This document shows, piece after piece, positions 8,397 through 17,989 of a stretch of 64,000 nt of DNA (its first letter is position 1; every line of letters begins with the position of its first letter). The notes beneath the pieces are model-generated. The model was not told where the DNA came from, did not search any database, and saw only the letters and a program-made list of their open reading frames with translations. Source of the stretch: a virus; the IMG/VR virus record IMGVR_UViG_3300028581_003594, positions 8,694 through 72,693 of that record. The stretch is one strand, 5' to 3'. Both the position numbers and the translations under genes were made by a program.

Positions 8397-8809
8397 TGGC
8401 CGACATCTATCACATATGGTGCGACCCAAAGGAAGGGGTCGACGGCAAGGACTTCGCAGAGAAGATCAGGATCTTCCTGGGAGAACTGGTCAGAGACGGC
8501 AAGCTGGAGTCATTCAGGGTCATGAGGATGAAGTTGGGATTCAGGAGCATGGAACTTCCGGACTTCCACATCATGATGGAGACCAAGAACATGCAGCAGC
8601 TGGATGACGCCATGAGCCTCGTGGGACGCAGGACCGGAGAATTGGAAGGACACCATGTGGCCATGAACTCCCTGGTTGACAAGAACACAATACAACATGC
8701 ATTGTACAGAGACTTCCCTGACGCTTTCCTTGGCAAGACTGGCAATGAGCCAAGCGAGGAAATAAAAGAAATATTAAAGGCAGTGGATCACTTTCATGAG
8801 CAAGATTAA
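8396..8809 (+). CDS. DUF6614-like protein
   Basis: DIYHIWCD, RMKLGFRS, FHIMME and ALYRDFPD pattern, recognised from memory. Confidence 0.6.
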   Translation: MADIYHIWCDPKEGVDGKDFAEKIRIFLGELVRDGKLESFRVMRMKLGFRSMELPDFHIMMETKNMQQLDDAMSLVGRRTGELEGHHVAMNSLVDKNTIQHALYRDFPDAFLGKTGNEPSEEIKEILKAVDHFHEQD

Positions 8810-9656
8810 GATAGCAGAACTATTCTACAGCATACAGGGCGAGGGTCGCTACATGGGAGTGCCTTCCGTGTTCATGCGCACATTTGGCTGCAACTTCACC
8901 TGTGCGGGTTTTGGCCTAACCAAAGGCATGCGCAGTGACGAGAATGACCGAGTGTTTGAACAACACAAACTGCATCCTTTCAAAGATTACAAAGAGCTGC
9001 CTCTGGTGAACACAGGCTGTGATTCATATGCATCATGGGATCCACGATTCAAAGATCTATCTCCCATGCTGACATCAGATGCCATTGTGGAAAGAACTAT
9101 GGAGATATTGCCTCACAGACGATGGGTGGATGAACATTTCATATTCACAGGCGGAGAACCATTGCTGGGTTGGCAGAGAGCATATCCTGATTTGTTGGAA
9201 CACGCGAAGATGCAAGAACTCAAAGAAATAACATTTGAGACCAATGGCACTCAAAAATTACATGTTGATTTTAAAAAATATTTGCAAGAATGGACACAAC
9301 GCAACAACAGAAACAAAGACAGCATTACATTTTCGGTCAGCGCAAAATTAAGCGTGAGCGGAGAAAAACGTGAAGAAGCCATACTGCCTGAAGTGGTGAC
9401 AGAATATGGTGAAGTGGGTCATGTGTATTTGAAATTTGTGGTGGCAGATCAAACAGATGTGCAGGAGGCCATGGAAGCAGTGAAAGATTATCGTAAAGCA
9501 GGATTCTCGGGATCAGTATATCTGATGCCTGTGGGTGGAGTGGAAAGCGTCTACCACATGAACAATAAAACAGTGGCAGAACTGGCAATGAAGATGGGAT
9601 ATAGATACAGTGATAGATTACAGGTGCCTCTGTTTAAAAATGCGTGGGGCACATAA
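8796..9656 (+). CDS. queE: 7-carboxy-7-deazaguanine synthase (radical SAM)
   Basis: ELFYSIQGEG, FMRTFGCNFTC...GCDS, FTGGEP, FETNGT and YSDRLQ. Confidence 0.9.
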   Translation: MSKIKIAELFYSIQGEGRYMGVPSVFMRTFGCNFTCAGFGLTKGMRSDENDRVFEQHKLHPFKDYKELPLVNTGCDSYASWDPRFKDLSPMLTSDAIVERTMEILPHRRWVDEHFIFTGGEPLLGWQRAYPDLLEHAKMQELKEITFETNGTQKLHVDFKKYLQEWTQRNNRNKDSITFSVSAKLSVSGEKREEAILPEVVTEYGEVGHVYLKFVVADQTDVQEAMEAVKDYRKAGFSGSVYLMPVGGVESVYHMNNKTVAELAMKMGYRYSDRLQVPLFKNAWGT

Positions 9657-9682
9657 TATGGTAATGACATGTTGGAAAACAA

Positions 9683-9711
9683 TTGATTTATTCCAAGAAG
9701 TGTTGTAAAAT
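9683..9711 (+). promoter_or_regulatory. sigma70-like promoter, probable leaderless mRNA
   Basis: TTGATT, 17 bp, TAAAAT, 6 nt, ATG(9718). Confidence 0.6.
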
Positions 9712-9717
9712 AGAGGT

Positions 9718-10029
9718 ATGAAAGTGAAGAAAACAAAAGACACAACCATTAAGAAAACTACCAAGAGCGAAGAGCCCATGGTCAAGGTATTGCAAGTGAA
9801 TGTGAATCCAGAAAACCCGAGGAATGGATTTTTTGAACTGGACTGGAATGATGAATTCGTCAACATGCTGAAGCAAAATGGCTACAAGGGAGAATCAGAA
9901 GAAGAGATAGTGGACAGATGGTTCCAGAGCCTTTGCAGGACCATCGGCAACGAGCAAGGCATAGACATAACTGGCGCAGGTTATGTGCAAATCAATCGAA
10001 GAAACGACGGCAAGACTGAGGTATCATAG
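9718..10029 (+). CDS. conserved hypothetical phage protein
   Basis: 103-aa ORF (GFFELDWNDEFV...EEEIVDRWF) directly upstream of the RNase H gene. Confidence 0.7.
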   Translation: MKVKKTKDTTIKKTTKSEEPMVKVLQVNVNPENPRNGFFELDWNDEFVNMLKQNGYKGESEEEIVDRWFQSLCRTIGNEQGIDITGAGYVQINRRNDGKTEVS

Positions 10030-10032
10030 GGC

Positions 10033-11016
10033 ATGACCCACATACTAGTGGACACTGCAAATACTTTTTTCAGGGCGAGGCACGTCATACGTGGTGATGC
10101 CTCTGAGAAGATCGGCATGGCCATACACATCACGCTAAACTCTATCAAGAAAGCCTGGAATGATTTTGATGGCTCGCACGTGGTGTTCTGCCTAGAAGGT
10201 CGTAGTTGGAGGAAAGACCATTATGCTCCCTACAAAAGAAATCGAAAAGAATTAGCAGATGCCATGACAGCCACAGAGCAGGAAGAGAACAAGCTGTTCT
10301 GGGAGTGTTATGATGATTTCGTGGATTTTATCAGGACCAAGACCAACGTCACGGTGCTGCAAAATGGCAGATGTGAGGCAGATGATCTCATAGCTCGCTG
10401 GATCGATCTCCATCCCCAACAGCAACATGTTATAATAAGCACAGACAAGGATCTAAATCAATTGGTAGCGCCAAATGTGAGACAATACAATGGCATCACA
10501 GAGGAAACCATGAAGATGGAGGGATATTTTGACAAGAAGGGTAACCCGGTGATAGACAACAAGACCAAGGAGCACAGGAAAGTAGAGGACCGCGAATGGA
10601 TGCTGTTTGAGAAGGCCATGAGGGGAGATCCTTCGGACAACATATTTTCAGCCTTCCCGGGAGTGCGCAAGAAAGGCACCAAGAGCAAAGTGGGATTGAT
10701 AGAGGCATTTGAGGACAGGCTCAACAAGGGCTATGCCTGGAACAATCTCATGCTGAGCAAATGGGTTGATCCCGACGGCATTGAGCACAGGGTGATAGAT
10801 GATTATGAGCGTAATAGGTTATTGGTTGACCTGCACGCACAGCCAGAGGCCATCGTGCAGGAATTGGATCAAACCATAGCACAGGCCAAGGCAGAAAACA
10901 AACAGATATCACAGGTGGGCATCAGGTTCATGAAGTTCTGCGCCAAATATGACCTGCAAAAGATAACTGAACAGGCACAGTTATACGTGGAACCATTCAA
11001 TGCGAGGTTGGCATGA
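10033..11016 (+). CDS. rnh: T4-type RNase H / 5'-3' flap exonuclease
   Basis: ILVDTAN, SWRKDHYAPYKRNR, EADDLIA, ISTDKD and GDPSDNI motifs. Confidence 0.9.
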   Translation: MTHILVDTANTFFRARHVIRGDASEKIGMAIHITLNSIKKAWNDFDGSHVVFCLEGRSWRKDHYAPYKRNRKELADAMTATEQEENKLFWECYDDFVDFIRTKTNVTVLQNGRCEADDLIARWIDLHPQQQHVIISTDKDLNQLVAPNVRQYNGITEETMKMEGYFDKKGNPVIDNKTKEHRKVEDREWMLFEKAMRGDPSDNIFSAFPGVRKKGTKSKVGLIEAFEDRLNKGYAWNNLMLSKWVDPDGIEHRVIDDYERNRLLVDLHAQPEAIVQELDQTIAQAKAENKQISQVGIRFMKFCAKYDLQKITEQAQLYVEPFNARLA

Positions 11017-11525
11017 CAGTTAAAGCTAAGATATTGGTGAAGGACAAGTTCTGGATCATTGAGGAGAATGGACAGAAGCTGGGCACACTGCAGAAGAAAG
11101 ATGACAATGGTTGGATCTTCCTGGGCAAGAAAGACCAGAGGCAAGAATATCCCACGCAGGAGAGTCTCTATTCGCGATTTGGATCGGGCATCTTCGCCAT
11201 GGACATCACAGTTCCGCCCAACGAGCCCAAGACCGACGAGAGCGAGTGGCATGTGCATGGCTATCCCTGTTCCCAACAGCCCTACAACAGCATGTTTGAT
11301 GTGCAGAAGCAACTGCCCATCTACACCAAGACCCCCAAGAGCAGGAGCCTGTTCTGCGCTGGCTACTACATCATAGACTTCCCCAAAGGATGGAGGAAGG
11401 CCTACTGCCCCAAGGTAATTACACTACAGCGATATGCCTACAAAGGGCCTATCAAAAGCAAGATAGAAATGCAACAGATATTGAACAATGCAATCAAAGA
11501 ACAAAATACAGACACAACCCATTGA
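11013..11525 (+). CDS. conserved hypothetical phage protein
   Basis: 170-aa ORF, ATGA-coupled to rnh. Confidence 0.7.
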   Translation: MTVKAKILVKDKFWIIEENGQKLGTLQKKDDNGWIFLGKKDQRQEYPTQESLYSRFGSGIFAMDITVPPNEPKTDESEWHVHGYPCSQQPYNSMFDVQKQLPIYTKTPKSRSLFCAGYYIIDFPKGWRKAYCPKVITLQRYAYKGPIKSKIEMQQILNNAIKEQNTDTTH

Positions 11526-11736
11526 AGACTTCATAGCCAGGGTCAGGACTGCCAAGAGCAAGCAGGATAAGAATATCACCCTGACCATGCAGGATGCGGA
11601 CCGTTTGGCCGCCAGTTTGAGTCAAACCATGACAAGATTGGTGTCTGTGCAGGAAGACATAATTGAAGCCCTCAAAACAGCACAACAAGCCCAAACAATC
11701 AACATCGAAATGGACGGCGGCAAGTTCAGCAAATAA
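11488..11736 (+). CDS. hypothetical helical protein
   Basis: 82-aa ORF within the operon, ending in MDGGKF. Confidence 0.6.
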   Translation: MQSKNKIQTQPIEDFIARVRTAKSKQDKNITLTMQDADRLAASLSQTMTRLVSVQEDIIEALKTAQQAQTINIEMDGGKFSK

Positions 11737-11755
11737 TCTATCTGGTAAAAATTGG

Positions 11756-11761
11756 TAAATA
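11756..11761 (+). promoter_or_regulatory. T4-like late promoter motif TAAATA
   Basis: Intergenic TAAATA 12 nt before ATG 11774. Confidence 0.5.
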
Positions 11762-11773
11762 CTATGATAAATT

Positions 11774-12061
11774 ATGTCCAGACCCAAGCCAACCGTGCTG
11801 TTAACAATCAGCAATAAAGACACTTACAAGCAAGAGGAAGTGCTTGCGGCTGAAGGCATTTGGGCAGTGTTTTACGATGGTAAACCCATCAATCTCAAAA
11901 GCTCCAGTTTGGTCAGCAACTATCCAGGCCCCAAGTACAAGAAGGTATCCTTCTCCAATCCAGGACACGCGGAGAACCTGGCCAAGAAGCTCAACACCAT
12001 GCACAAGACTGACAAGTTTGGCGTGTACCTATTAAAGACCGGCGAAAAATTCAAGAGATAA
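11774..12061 (+). CDS. conserved hypothetical phage protein
   Basis: 95 aa, MSRPKP...GPKYKKVSFSNPGHA. Confidence 0.7.
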   Translation: MSRPKPTVLLTISNKDTYKQEEVLAAEGIWAVFYDGKPINLKSSSLVSNYPGPKYKKVSFSNPGHAENLAKKLNTMHKTDKFGVYLLKTGEKFKR

Positions 12062-12069
12062 TTAACAGT

Positions 12070-12465
12070 ATGGACGTCAAGACCGCCTATACTCGCACCT
12101 TCATGCAATTGCTGAATCAGCCCGATCATGAGGAAACTCTCAAGACCTATTATTATACCTGGTGGCAGAATGTGAGAGAGAGCTATCAGGCCCGATCACT
12201 GAGGATGACCAAATCAGGATTAGAAATTTTAAAAAAGTTAGAAATCAAGACCTACAGCATCAAATTTCCAGACAAGATCATCTTCACGCCGCAAACTTTC
12301 CTATGGTTGGATGAGTACGTGGATTGTCCATATTATGTGGATAAAAAACAGATTGTGGTCACAATGGAAAGAATGGCCCTGCAATTAATGATGTTCGCGG
12401 GAGATGTGACCAAATATGGGTTGGCTCGTGCAATGAGCAAAATAGACGAGCAAAAAAGTCAGTAA
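12070..12465 (+). CDS. hypothetical protein
   Basis: 131-aa ORF in operon context. Confidence 0.65.
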   Translation: MDVKTAYTRTFMQLLNQPDHEETLKTYYYTWWQNVRESYQARSLRMTKSGLEILKKLEIKTYSIKFPDKIIFTPQTFLWLDEYVDCPYYVDKKQIVVTMERMALQLMMFAGDVTKYGLARAMSKIDEQKSQ

Positions 12466-12485
12466 AATCAGTGAGTTATACCCAG

Positions 12486-12513
12486 TTGACCTTATACGGT
12501 TTTATGTTATAAT
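12486..12513 (+). promoter_or_regulatory. sigma70-like promoter with extended -10
   Basis: TTGACC, 16-bp spacer, TATAAT preceded by TGn, upstream of the AAA+ gene. Confidence 0.7.
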
Positions 12514-12546
12514 GATACTATAACAAACTTTAAGAGAGGTCTTAAA

Positions 12547-13650
12547 ATGGTGAGCAAAAAAGAAAAGGGCACAGCGGTTGGCTCTCAGAACAGAACCGTA
12601 ACTCCAAATGAAGCAAAGGCAGCACTATCGCATTGCCTGCAATTACAAAGACCACTAATGATGTGGGGTGCACCTGGTATTGGTAAATCTGATATCGTCA
12701 AACAGGTCGCAGAAGAACAAGATAGATCAGTGATTGATATCAGGTTGCCATTGTGGGAACCCACAGATATCAAAGGTATTCCTTATTACAACAGCAAAGA
12801 AAACAACATGGTCTGGGCTCCACCAGCGGAACTGCCCACCGATCCGGAATCCACTGATATCATATTCCTGGACGAGCTTAATTCGGCTGCTCCTGCTGTG
12901 CAGGCCGCGGCATACCAATTGATATTGAACAGGAGGGTTGGACAATACCATCTTCCCAAGGGCGTGGCCATAGTGGCTGCGGGCAACAGGGACGCGGACA
13001 AGGGCGTGACCTACAGGATGCCGGCGCCGTTGGCCAACAGGTTCGTACACATCGAACTGAGAGTGGACTACGAAGATTGGATGCAGTGGGCGACCCTGCA
13101 CTACATACACCCAGACGTGGTGGGCTATGTCACATTCGCCAAACAAGATTTATATGATTTTGATCCCAAGGGATCATCACGTTCTTTCGCAACTCCAAGA
13201 TCGTGGAGTTTCGTCAGCCAACTTCTATCGGACAGCCTGCCTGAAAGTACGCTCACAGACCTCGTGGCAGGCGCAGTAGGAGAGGGCCTGGCCGTTAAGT
13301 TTATGAACCATCGTAAAATTAGCGGCCAGCTACCTAACCCATCCGACATACTGAGCGGCAAGGTCAAGGATCTAAAGACCAAGGAGATATCTGCGATGTA
13401 TTCTCTCACCGTCAGCCTGTGCTATGAACTGCAACAGGCGCACATAGACAAGCAGAAAAATTGGAACGACATGGCGGACAGGTTCTTCAACTACATGATG
13501 GACAACTTCGAGACCGAGCTGGTTGTGATGGGTGCCAAGATCGCTCTCACAAACTACAAATTGCCATTTGATCCAAGCAAGTTAAAATCATTCGATAGGT
13601 TCCATAAGAAGTTTGGCAAGTATGTCATAACTGCCATGGAGTCTAAATAA
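12547..13650 (+). CDS. MoxR/dynein-related AAA+ ATPase
   Basis: Walker A GAPGIGKS, Walker B IFLDELN, AAGNR, LANRF and TPRSW. Confidence 0.9.
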   Translation: MVSKKEKGTAVGSQNRTVTPNEAKAALSHCLQLQRPLMMWGAPGIGKSDIVKQVAEEQDRSVIDIRLPLWEPTDIKGIPYYNSKENNMVWAPPAELPTDPESTDIIFLDELNSAAPAVQAAAYQLILNRRVGQYHLPKGVAIVAAGNRDADKGVTYRMPAPLANRFVHIELRVDYEDWMQWATLHYIHPDVVGYVTFAKQDLYDFDPKGSSRSFATPRSWSFVSQLLSDSLPESTLTDLVAGAVGEGLAVKFMNHRKISGQLPNPSDILSGKVKDLKTKEISAMYSLTVSLCYELQQAHIDKQKNWNDMADRFFNYMMDNFETELVVMGAKIALTNYKLPFDPSKLKSFDRFHKKFGKYVITAMESK

Positions 13651-14894
13651 TGGCTGCGACAGATCAAAAAATTCTAGACAAACTGGTCACGGCGAGGATC
13701 GCGCTGTTGTTGAAGCATCCTTTCTTTGGCAACTTGGCCACGAGGCTCAAAATCGTCAACGCGGACGACTGGTGTCCAACCGCTGCCACTGATGGCAGAC
13801 ACTTCTTCTACAACATCAAATTCATCGACAGCCTAACACCGAGAGAGACCGAGTTCCTGTTCGGACACGAGGTACTGCACAATGTGTTCGAGCACATGCT
13901 GTTGAGGAGCGAGGGCAGAGATCCTGAGATATGGAACGTGGCTTGCGACTACGCGGTAAACCAGATATTGGTGGACTACAGGATCGGCGAGATGCCCAAG
14001 GGCAAGAAGGGCGAGAACAAGGGCTTCCAGGACGACAAGTACAAGGACTGGGCTTCGGAAAAGATCTACGATGAGCTGATGAAACAGGTCAAGAAGAACA
14101 AGGTGGACCTAAAGAAATTGGGACAGCTCCTAGACGAGCACATAGAATGGGGCAAGGGCCAGAGACAAGGCGAGGGTGAAGGCAAGGACAAGGATCAGCA
14201 GGGACAAGGATCCGGCGGAAAACCCGTGTACACAAAAGAAGAACTTAAAAAGATCAAGGATGAGATAAAAGAAGCCATGATGTCAGCGGCACAGAGCACA
14301 GGTGCGGGCAATCTCCCTGGCAGCATACAGAGGATGATAAGCGTGCTCACGGAACCAAAATTGAACTGGAGAGAGATCATACAGCAACAGATATTGAGCA
14401 CCATGAAGAGCGACTACACGTTCATGAAGCCCAGCAGGAGGAGCTGGCACATGGACGCCATCCTGCCCGGCATGGTCAACGTGGACAGCATTGACATATG
14501 CCTGGCCATTGACGCATCTGGATCCATAAGTGAACAGCAGTGCAGGGATTTCCTGGGAGAGATCAGGGGCATAATGGAACAGTACAAGGATTTCAAAATA
14601 CATCTTTGGTCCTTCGACACCAAGGTTTTCAACCCCAAGATATTCACGCCAGACAACATGGACGAACTAACGGAATACGTGATCGGCTCCGGTGGTGGCA
14701 CAGATTTTGACTGCAACTGGGAGTTCATGAAGGAAGAGGGCATAGAGCCCAAGAAATTCATCATGTTCACGGACGGATGGCCCTTTGACAGCTGGGGTGA
14801 CAAGGACTACTGCGACACCATATTCCTTATCAACAACAGCTACGAGAGGAACATACAGGCCCCATTTGGCATGACGGTGAACTATGAGGATTAA
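13650..14894 (+). CDS. DUF2201-type metallopeptidase plus VWA-like domain protein
   Basis: TAATDG, HEVLH (HExxH), MIDAS-like IDASGS, GGGTDF and FTDG. Confidence 0.88.
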   Translation: MAATDQKILDKLVTARIALLLKHPFFGNLATRLKIVNADDWCPTAATDGRHFFYNIKFIDSLTPRETEFLFGHEVLHNVFEHMLLRSEGRDPEIWNVACDYAVNQILVDYRIGEMPKGKKGENKGFQDDKYKDWASEKIYDELMKQVKKNKVDLKKLGQLLDEHIEWGKGQRQGEGEGKDKDQQGQGSGGKPVYTKEELKKIKDEIKEAMMSAAQSTGAGNLPGSIQRMISVLTEPKLNWREIIQQQILSTMKSDYTFMKPSRRSWHMDAILPGMVNVDSIDICLAIDASGSISEQQCRDFLGEIRGIMEQYKDFKIHLWSFDTKVFNPKIFTPDNMDELTEYVIGSGGGTDFDCNWEFMKEEGIEPKKFIMFTDGWPFDSWGDKDYCDTIFLINNSYERNIQAPFGMTVNYED

Positions 14895-15147
14895 TCCAAA
14901 AAATTTCCATCCGAGGAAACTGGATCGAATCCCCCCGCATTTCAAGGTCATTGCATTACCAAATCAAATAGAATACCAGCAACACAAGACCACCCGCTGG
15001 ATACACGCACACTGCGCTGGCAGGTTCGCCTTGGTAAATGATGTGCAATACCAAAATGACCAAGTCACATCAGTGACCAAGATCGGCTTCGAAGAGCCCA
15101 GCGACCTCACCATGTTCATACTCAGCGGCATGGCCCAGAATGCGTGA
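14884..15147 (+). CDS. hypothetical protein
   Basis: 87-aa ORF overlapping the upstream stop; ends with IGFEEPSDLTMF. Confidence 0.6.
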   Translation: MRINPKNFHPRKLDRIPPHFKVIALPNQIEYQQHKTTRWIHAHCAGRFALVNDVQYQNDQVTSVTKIGFEEPSDLTMFILSGMAQNA

Positions 15148-15156
15148 ATTTAGGCG

Positions 15157-15185
15157 TTGACCACACTAACTAATTTTGTTACAAT
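15157..15185 (+). promoter_or_regulatory. sigma70-like promoter
   Basis: TTGACC, 17 bp, TACAAT with TG; AGGAG SD downstream. Confidence 0.65.
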
Positions 15186-15215
15186 ATTATTCTAATTGCA
15201 ATTAGGAGAAAAAAA

Positions 15216-15530
15216 ATGGCAACAAAAAAAACAAAAAAAGAGACTGAGTCAGTAGCGCCGGCCATGCCAGCTGCCAACGCTCAACCAACTACGCCTCCCC
15301 CACAGGGACAGGCGCCAGCAGCACCAGATCTAACCATAGCTGATCTAAAAAATATAGGCACCATACTTGACGTGGCTTCCACTAGAGGAGCCTTCAGGGC
15401 CAACGAGATGGCTACCATAGGATTGGTGTACAACAAACTTCAGATGTTCCTGGCCAGAGTGGCTCCAGAGACCAAACCTGAAGACAACAAAACTGCAACT
15501 GCACCAGCGCCAACAGCGCCAGGAAAGTAG
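15216..15530 (+). CDS. conserved hypothetical phage protein
   Basis: Pro/Ala-rich termini around an LTIADL...RGAFRANEM core; strong SD. Confidence 0.75.
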   Translation: MATKKTKKETESVAPAMPAANAQPTTPPPQGQAPAAPDLTIADLKNIGTILDVASTRGAFRANEMATIGLVYNKLQMFLARVAPETKPEDNKTATAPAPTAPGK

Positions 15531-15533
15531 ACA

Positions 15534-16058
15534 ATGTTAAACCTATATGACAAGCTAGTGATGGATGCTGCCGGCACGGGCGGCACCACAGAAGCTGCAC
15601 GTGTTTTCAAACACATCGGCGTGCTGAAAGAAGACAATACGCCGGTGGTGATCGTGTTCCGCACAATACCAAACGAACCAAATTTCTGTTTGGTGGTGGG
15701 GCCTAAATTCCTGCCCGACAACAGTCGAGACGCCCTGATGCGAGCTGTGGAGAGCAAGGACGGCCAGTCAAGTTTTGAACTGGGCACCCACATTGCCAGG
15801 CTCAATTTCCAGGATGGAGTCAACATGCTGGCATCGTTGCACGTGGACAACTATCTCAAGAAGTTCCAGACCAAGGACATCATAGTGACCTATGGTGCCG
15901 GTGATGCGGGCAAGATATCATTGGACAAACTCAATCAGATGATAGCGGATGACATGAAAGTTTCCATCAATGAGCTAGCGGTCAAAGAGAACATAGTGCT
16001 GTCCAAGAAAGAGAAATCCAACAAAAAATCCAATGCCAAGGAAGCTGCCAAGAACTAA
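15534..16058 (+). CDS. conserved hypothetical phage protein
   Basis: 174-aa ORF (KHIG...VFRTIP...). Confidence 0.7.
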   Translation: MLNLYDKLVMDAAGTGGTTEAARVFKHIGVLKEDNTPVVIVFRTIPNEPNFCLVVGPKFLPDNSRDALMRAVESKDGQSSFELGTHIARLNFQDGVNMLASLHVDNYLKKFQTKDIIVTYGAGDAGKISLDKLNQMIADDMKVSINELAVKENIVLSKKEKSNKKSNAKEAAKN

Positions 16059-16377
16059 GCAGACCTGGGTGCAACTGACTTCGGAGTTCGTCAAGGAATG
16101 GCCCGAGGTTCTAGAGGGCATCAAGTACAGCAACATGCCCATAGGCTACGTCAAGTACTGCGACATCACCTTGAAGAACAACGTGACCATACACTATGAC
16201 GTGGAGAAGGAACTGCAGAACAAGAAATCCCAGATGGAAGTGGCCAACACGCTGAAGAGATATGTCAGCAACAACTACGCCAACGTCAAACACGTGGACC
16301 TAAAATTTGACATACCCAAGCTGAAAAGAGAGATGGAGTCAAAGACCAACAAGCTGTTGGACAAAACTTTTAAATGA
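16033..16377 (+). CDS. hypothetical protein
   Basis: 114-aa ORF coupled to its neighbours. Confidence 0.65.
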   Translation: MPRKLPRTKQTWVQLTSEFVKEWPEVLEGIKYSNMPIGYVKYCDITLKNNVTIHYDVEKELQNKKSQMEVANTLKRYVSNNYANVKHVDLKFDIPKLKREMESKTNKLLDKTFK

Positions 16378-17021
16378 ATGCGTTCTGCCAAAGAAAATTC
16401 TTAATACTGACGGCTCATCCAGATGACGCAGAAGCCGCCTGCGGCGGATTGATATCCAAAATATTAGCGGGGGGTGGAGCGGTGACCAATCTCATAATGG
16501 TCCGACCATCCAAGGAGATCAACAGCAAGAGGGACGAGACCATAGTGAGGTCAGAGTTATACAGGAGCCAGGGCGTATTGAAGCACACCGTTGAGTGTTA
16601 CCAAACCCCTCTGCACGAAGACGGCAGGCCAAACTTGGTGCTGTCCAACAATCTCATCACGGAAGTGGAGATGGTGGCCAAGGATTATGACGTGTTGATC
16701 ACGCATTGGCGAGAGGACACACATCAGGAGCATAGGGTATGCTATGAGTTGGGTCTCAGCATGTCCAGGAAGTCATACCAGGAATTTTGGTGCATGGACC
16801 AGGCCCCGTACAACCTGCGTTATGAAAATTTCAACGCAAATCTCTATGTTGACATAACAGATCATGTGCAACACAAGATCAGGGCGTTGGAGTGCTACAA
16901 ATCATATTTCACGCAAGTAGCAATAGAACAGATCATCAATTACAATCGACACAGAGGTTCTTTCCTCGGCGAGGGCAGGATTGCAGAAACATTCTCGGTG
17001 CAATATCAGAAAATCACATGA
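16374..17021 (+). CDS. PIG-L/LmbE-family N-acetylsugar deacetylase
   Basis: AHPDDAE..CGG and THQEH metal motifs. Confidence 0.85.
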   Translation: MNAFCQRKFLILTAHPDDAEAACGGLISKILAGGGAVTNLIMVRPSKEINSKRDETIVRSELYRSQGVLKHTVECYQTPLHEDGRPNLVLSNNLITEVEMVAKDYDVLITHWREDTHQEHRVCYELGLSMSRKSYQEFWCMDQAPYNLRYENFNANLYVDITDHVQHKIRALECYKSYFTQVAIEQIINYNRHRGSFLGEGRIAETFSVQYQKIT

Positions 17022-17989
17022 ACATATTGATACTGGGTGGACATGGTCTGATTGGTAGCCGCGTCAGCCAGCGACTGAAGAAAGAGGGACACACCGTGGG
17101 TGTGGTGGACTGCTACCATCAATACAACGCCTTCCCAGACTGGGAGTATTTTCCATTGCTGGAGCAGAGGAAAGTCATTGCCAATAACGATCGCACATTC
17201 ATGGGCAGGATCGAGGACAAGGCATTCATGGCCACCACATTTGCTGAATTCCAACCAGAATCGGTTATTCATTTGGGCACTTACCCCAACGCCAAGATGG
17301 TTCAGAACAACATAGACGATGCCACAGGCAACATGATCAATGCCACGGCGAATGTGCTGGACCTATGCGTCAAACACAAGGTGAGGAAAATTGTTTTCGC
17401 CAGCAGCAGCATGGTGTATGGTGATTTCAAGGAACAGATACCAGATGAGAAAGTGACGCCAAACCCCAACACATTGTATGGCTCGTACAAGTATCAGGGT
17501 GAGCTGATGTGCAAAATTTGGAGGAGGGCACATGGATTGAATTACGTGATAATGCGACCATCAGCTCTGTACGGCACTCCAGACATAATAGTGCGAGTAA
17601 TAAGCCAATTGGTAAAAAGTGCTTTCACCAAAAAGGAAATGACGGTGCAGGGTCCTGACAACAAATTGGATTTCTCACACGTGGAGGACGTGGCGGAATA
17701 TTTTGTCAGGGCCGCGTTGTCTGATGTCGTGGATGAAGTTTTCAATTGCACCAGGGGCAGGGGACGAAGGATAATCGATGCCGCGGAAATAGTGCAATCT
17801 CTTATTCCCGGGGTCAGGATCATCACCAAACCACATGACGAATTTTATCCCAACAGAGACACATTGAACAGCAACAAAGCCATAGCGCTTTTGAAATTCC
17901 AACCCATGATCGACATTGAGCAGGGCATACCAGAATATGTCAACTGGTTCTCCAAGCAAAAATTTTATAGGGACAATCTAAATTTTTAA
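17018..17989 (+). CDS. NAD-dependent nucleotide-sugar epimerase/dehydratase (SDR)
   Basis: GGHGLIG, ASSSMVYG, YGSYK and RPSALYG; start at MNILIL with ATGA overlap. Confidence 0.88.
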   Translation: MNILILGGHGLIGSRVSQRLKKEGHTVGVVDCYHQYNAFPDWEYFPLLEQRKVIANNDRTFMGRIEDKAFMATTFAEFQPESVIHLGTYPNAKMVQNNIDDATGNMINATANVLDLCVKHKVRKIVFASSSMVYGDFKEQIPDEKVTPNPNTLYGSYKYQGELMCKIWRRAHGLNYVIMRPSALYGTPDIIVRVISQLVKSAFTKKEMTVQGPDNKLDFSHVEDVAEYFVRAALSDVVDEVFNCTRGRGRRIIDAAEIVQSLIPGVRIITKPHDEFYPNRDTLNSNKAIALLKFQPMIDIEQGIPEYVNWFSKQKFYRDNLNF

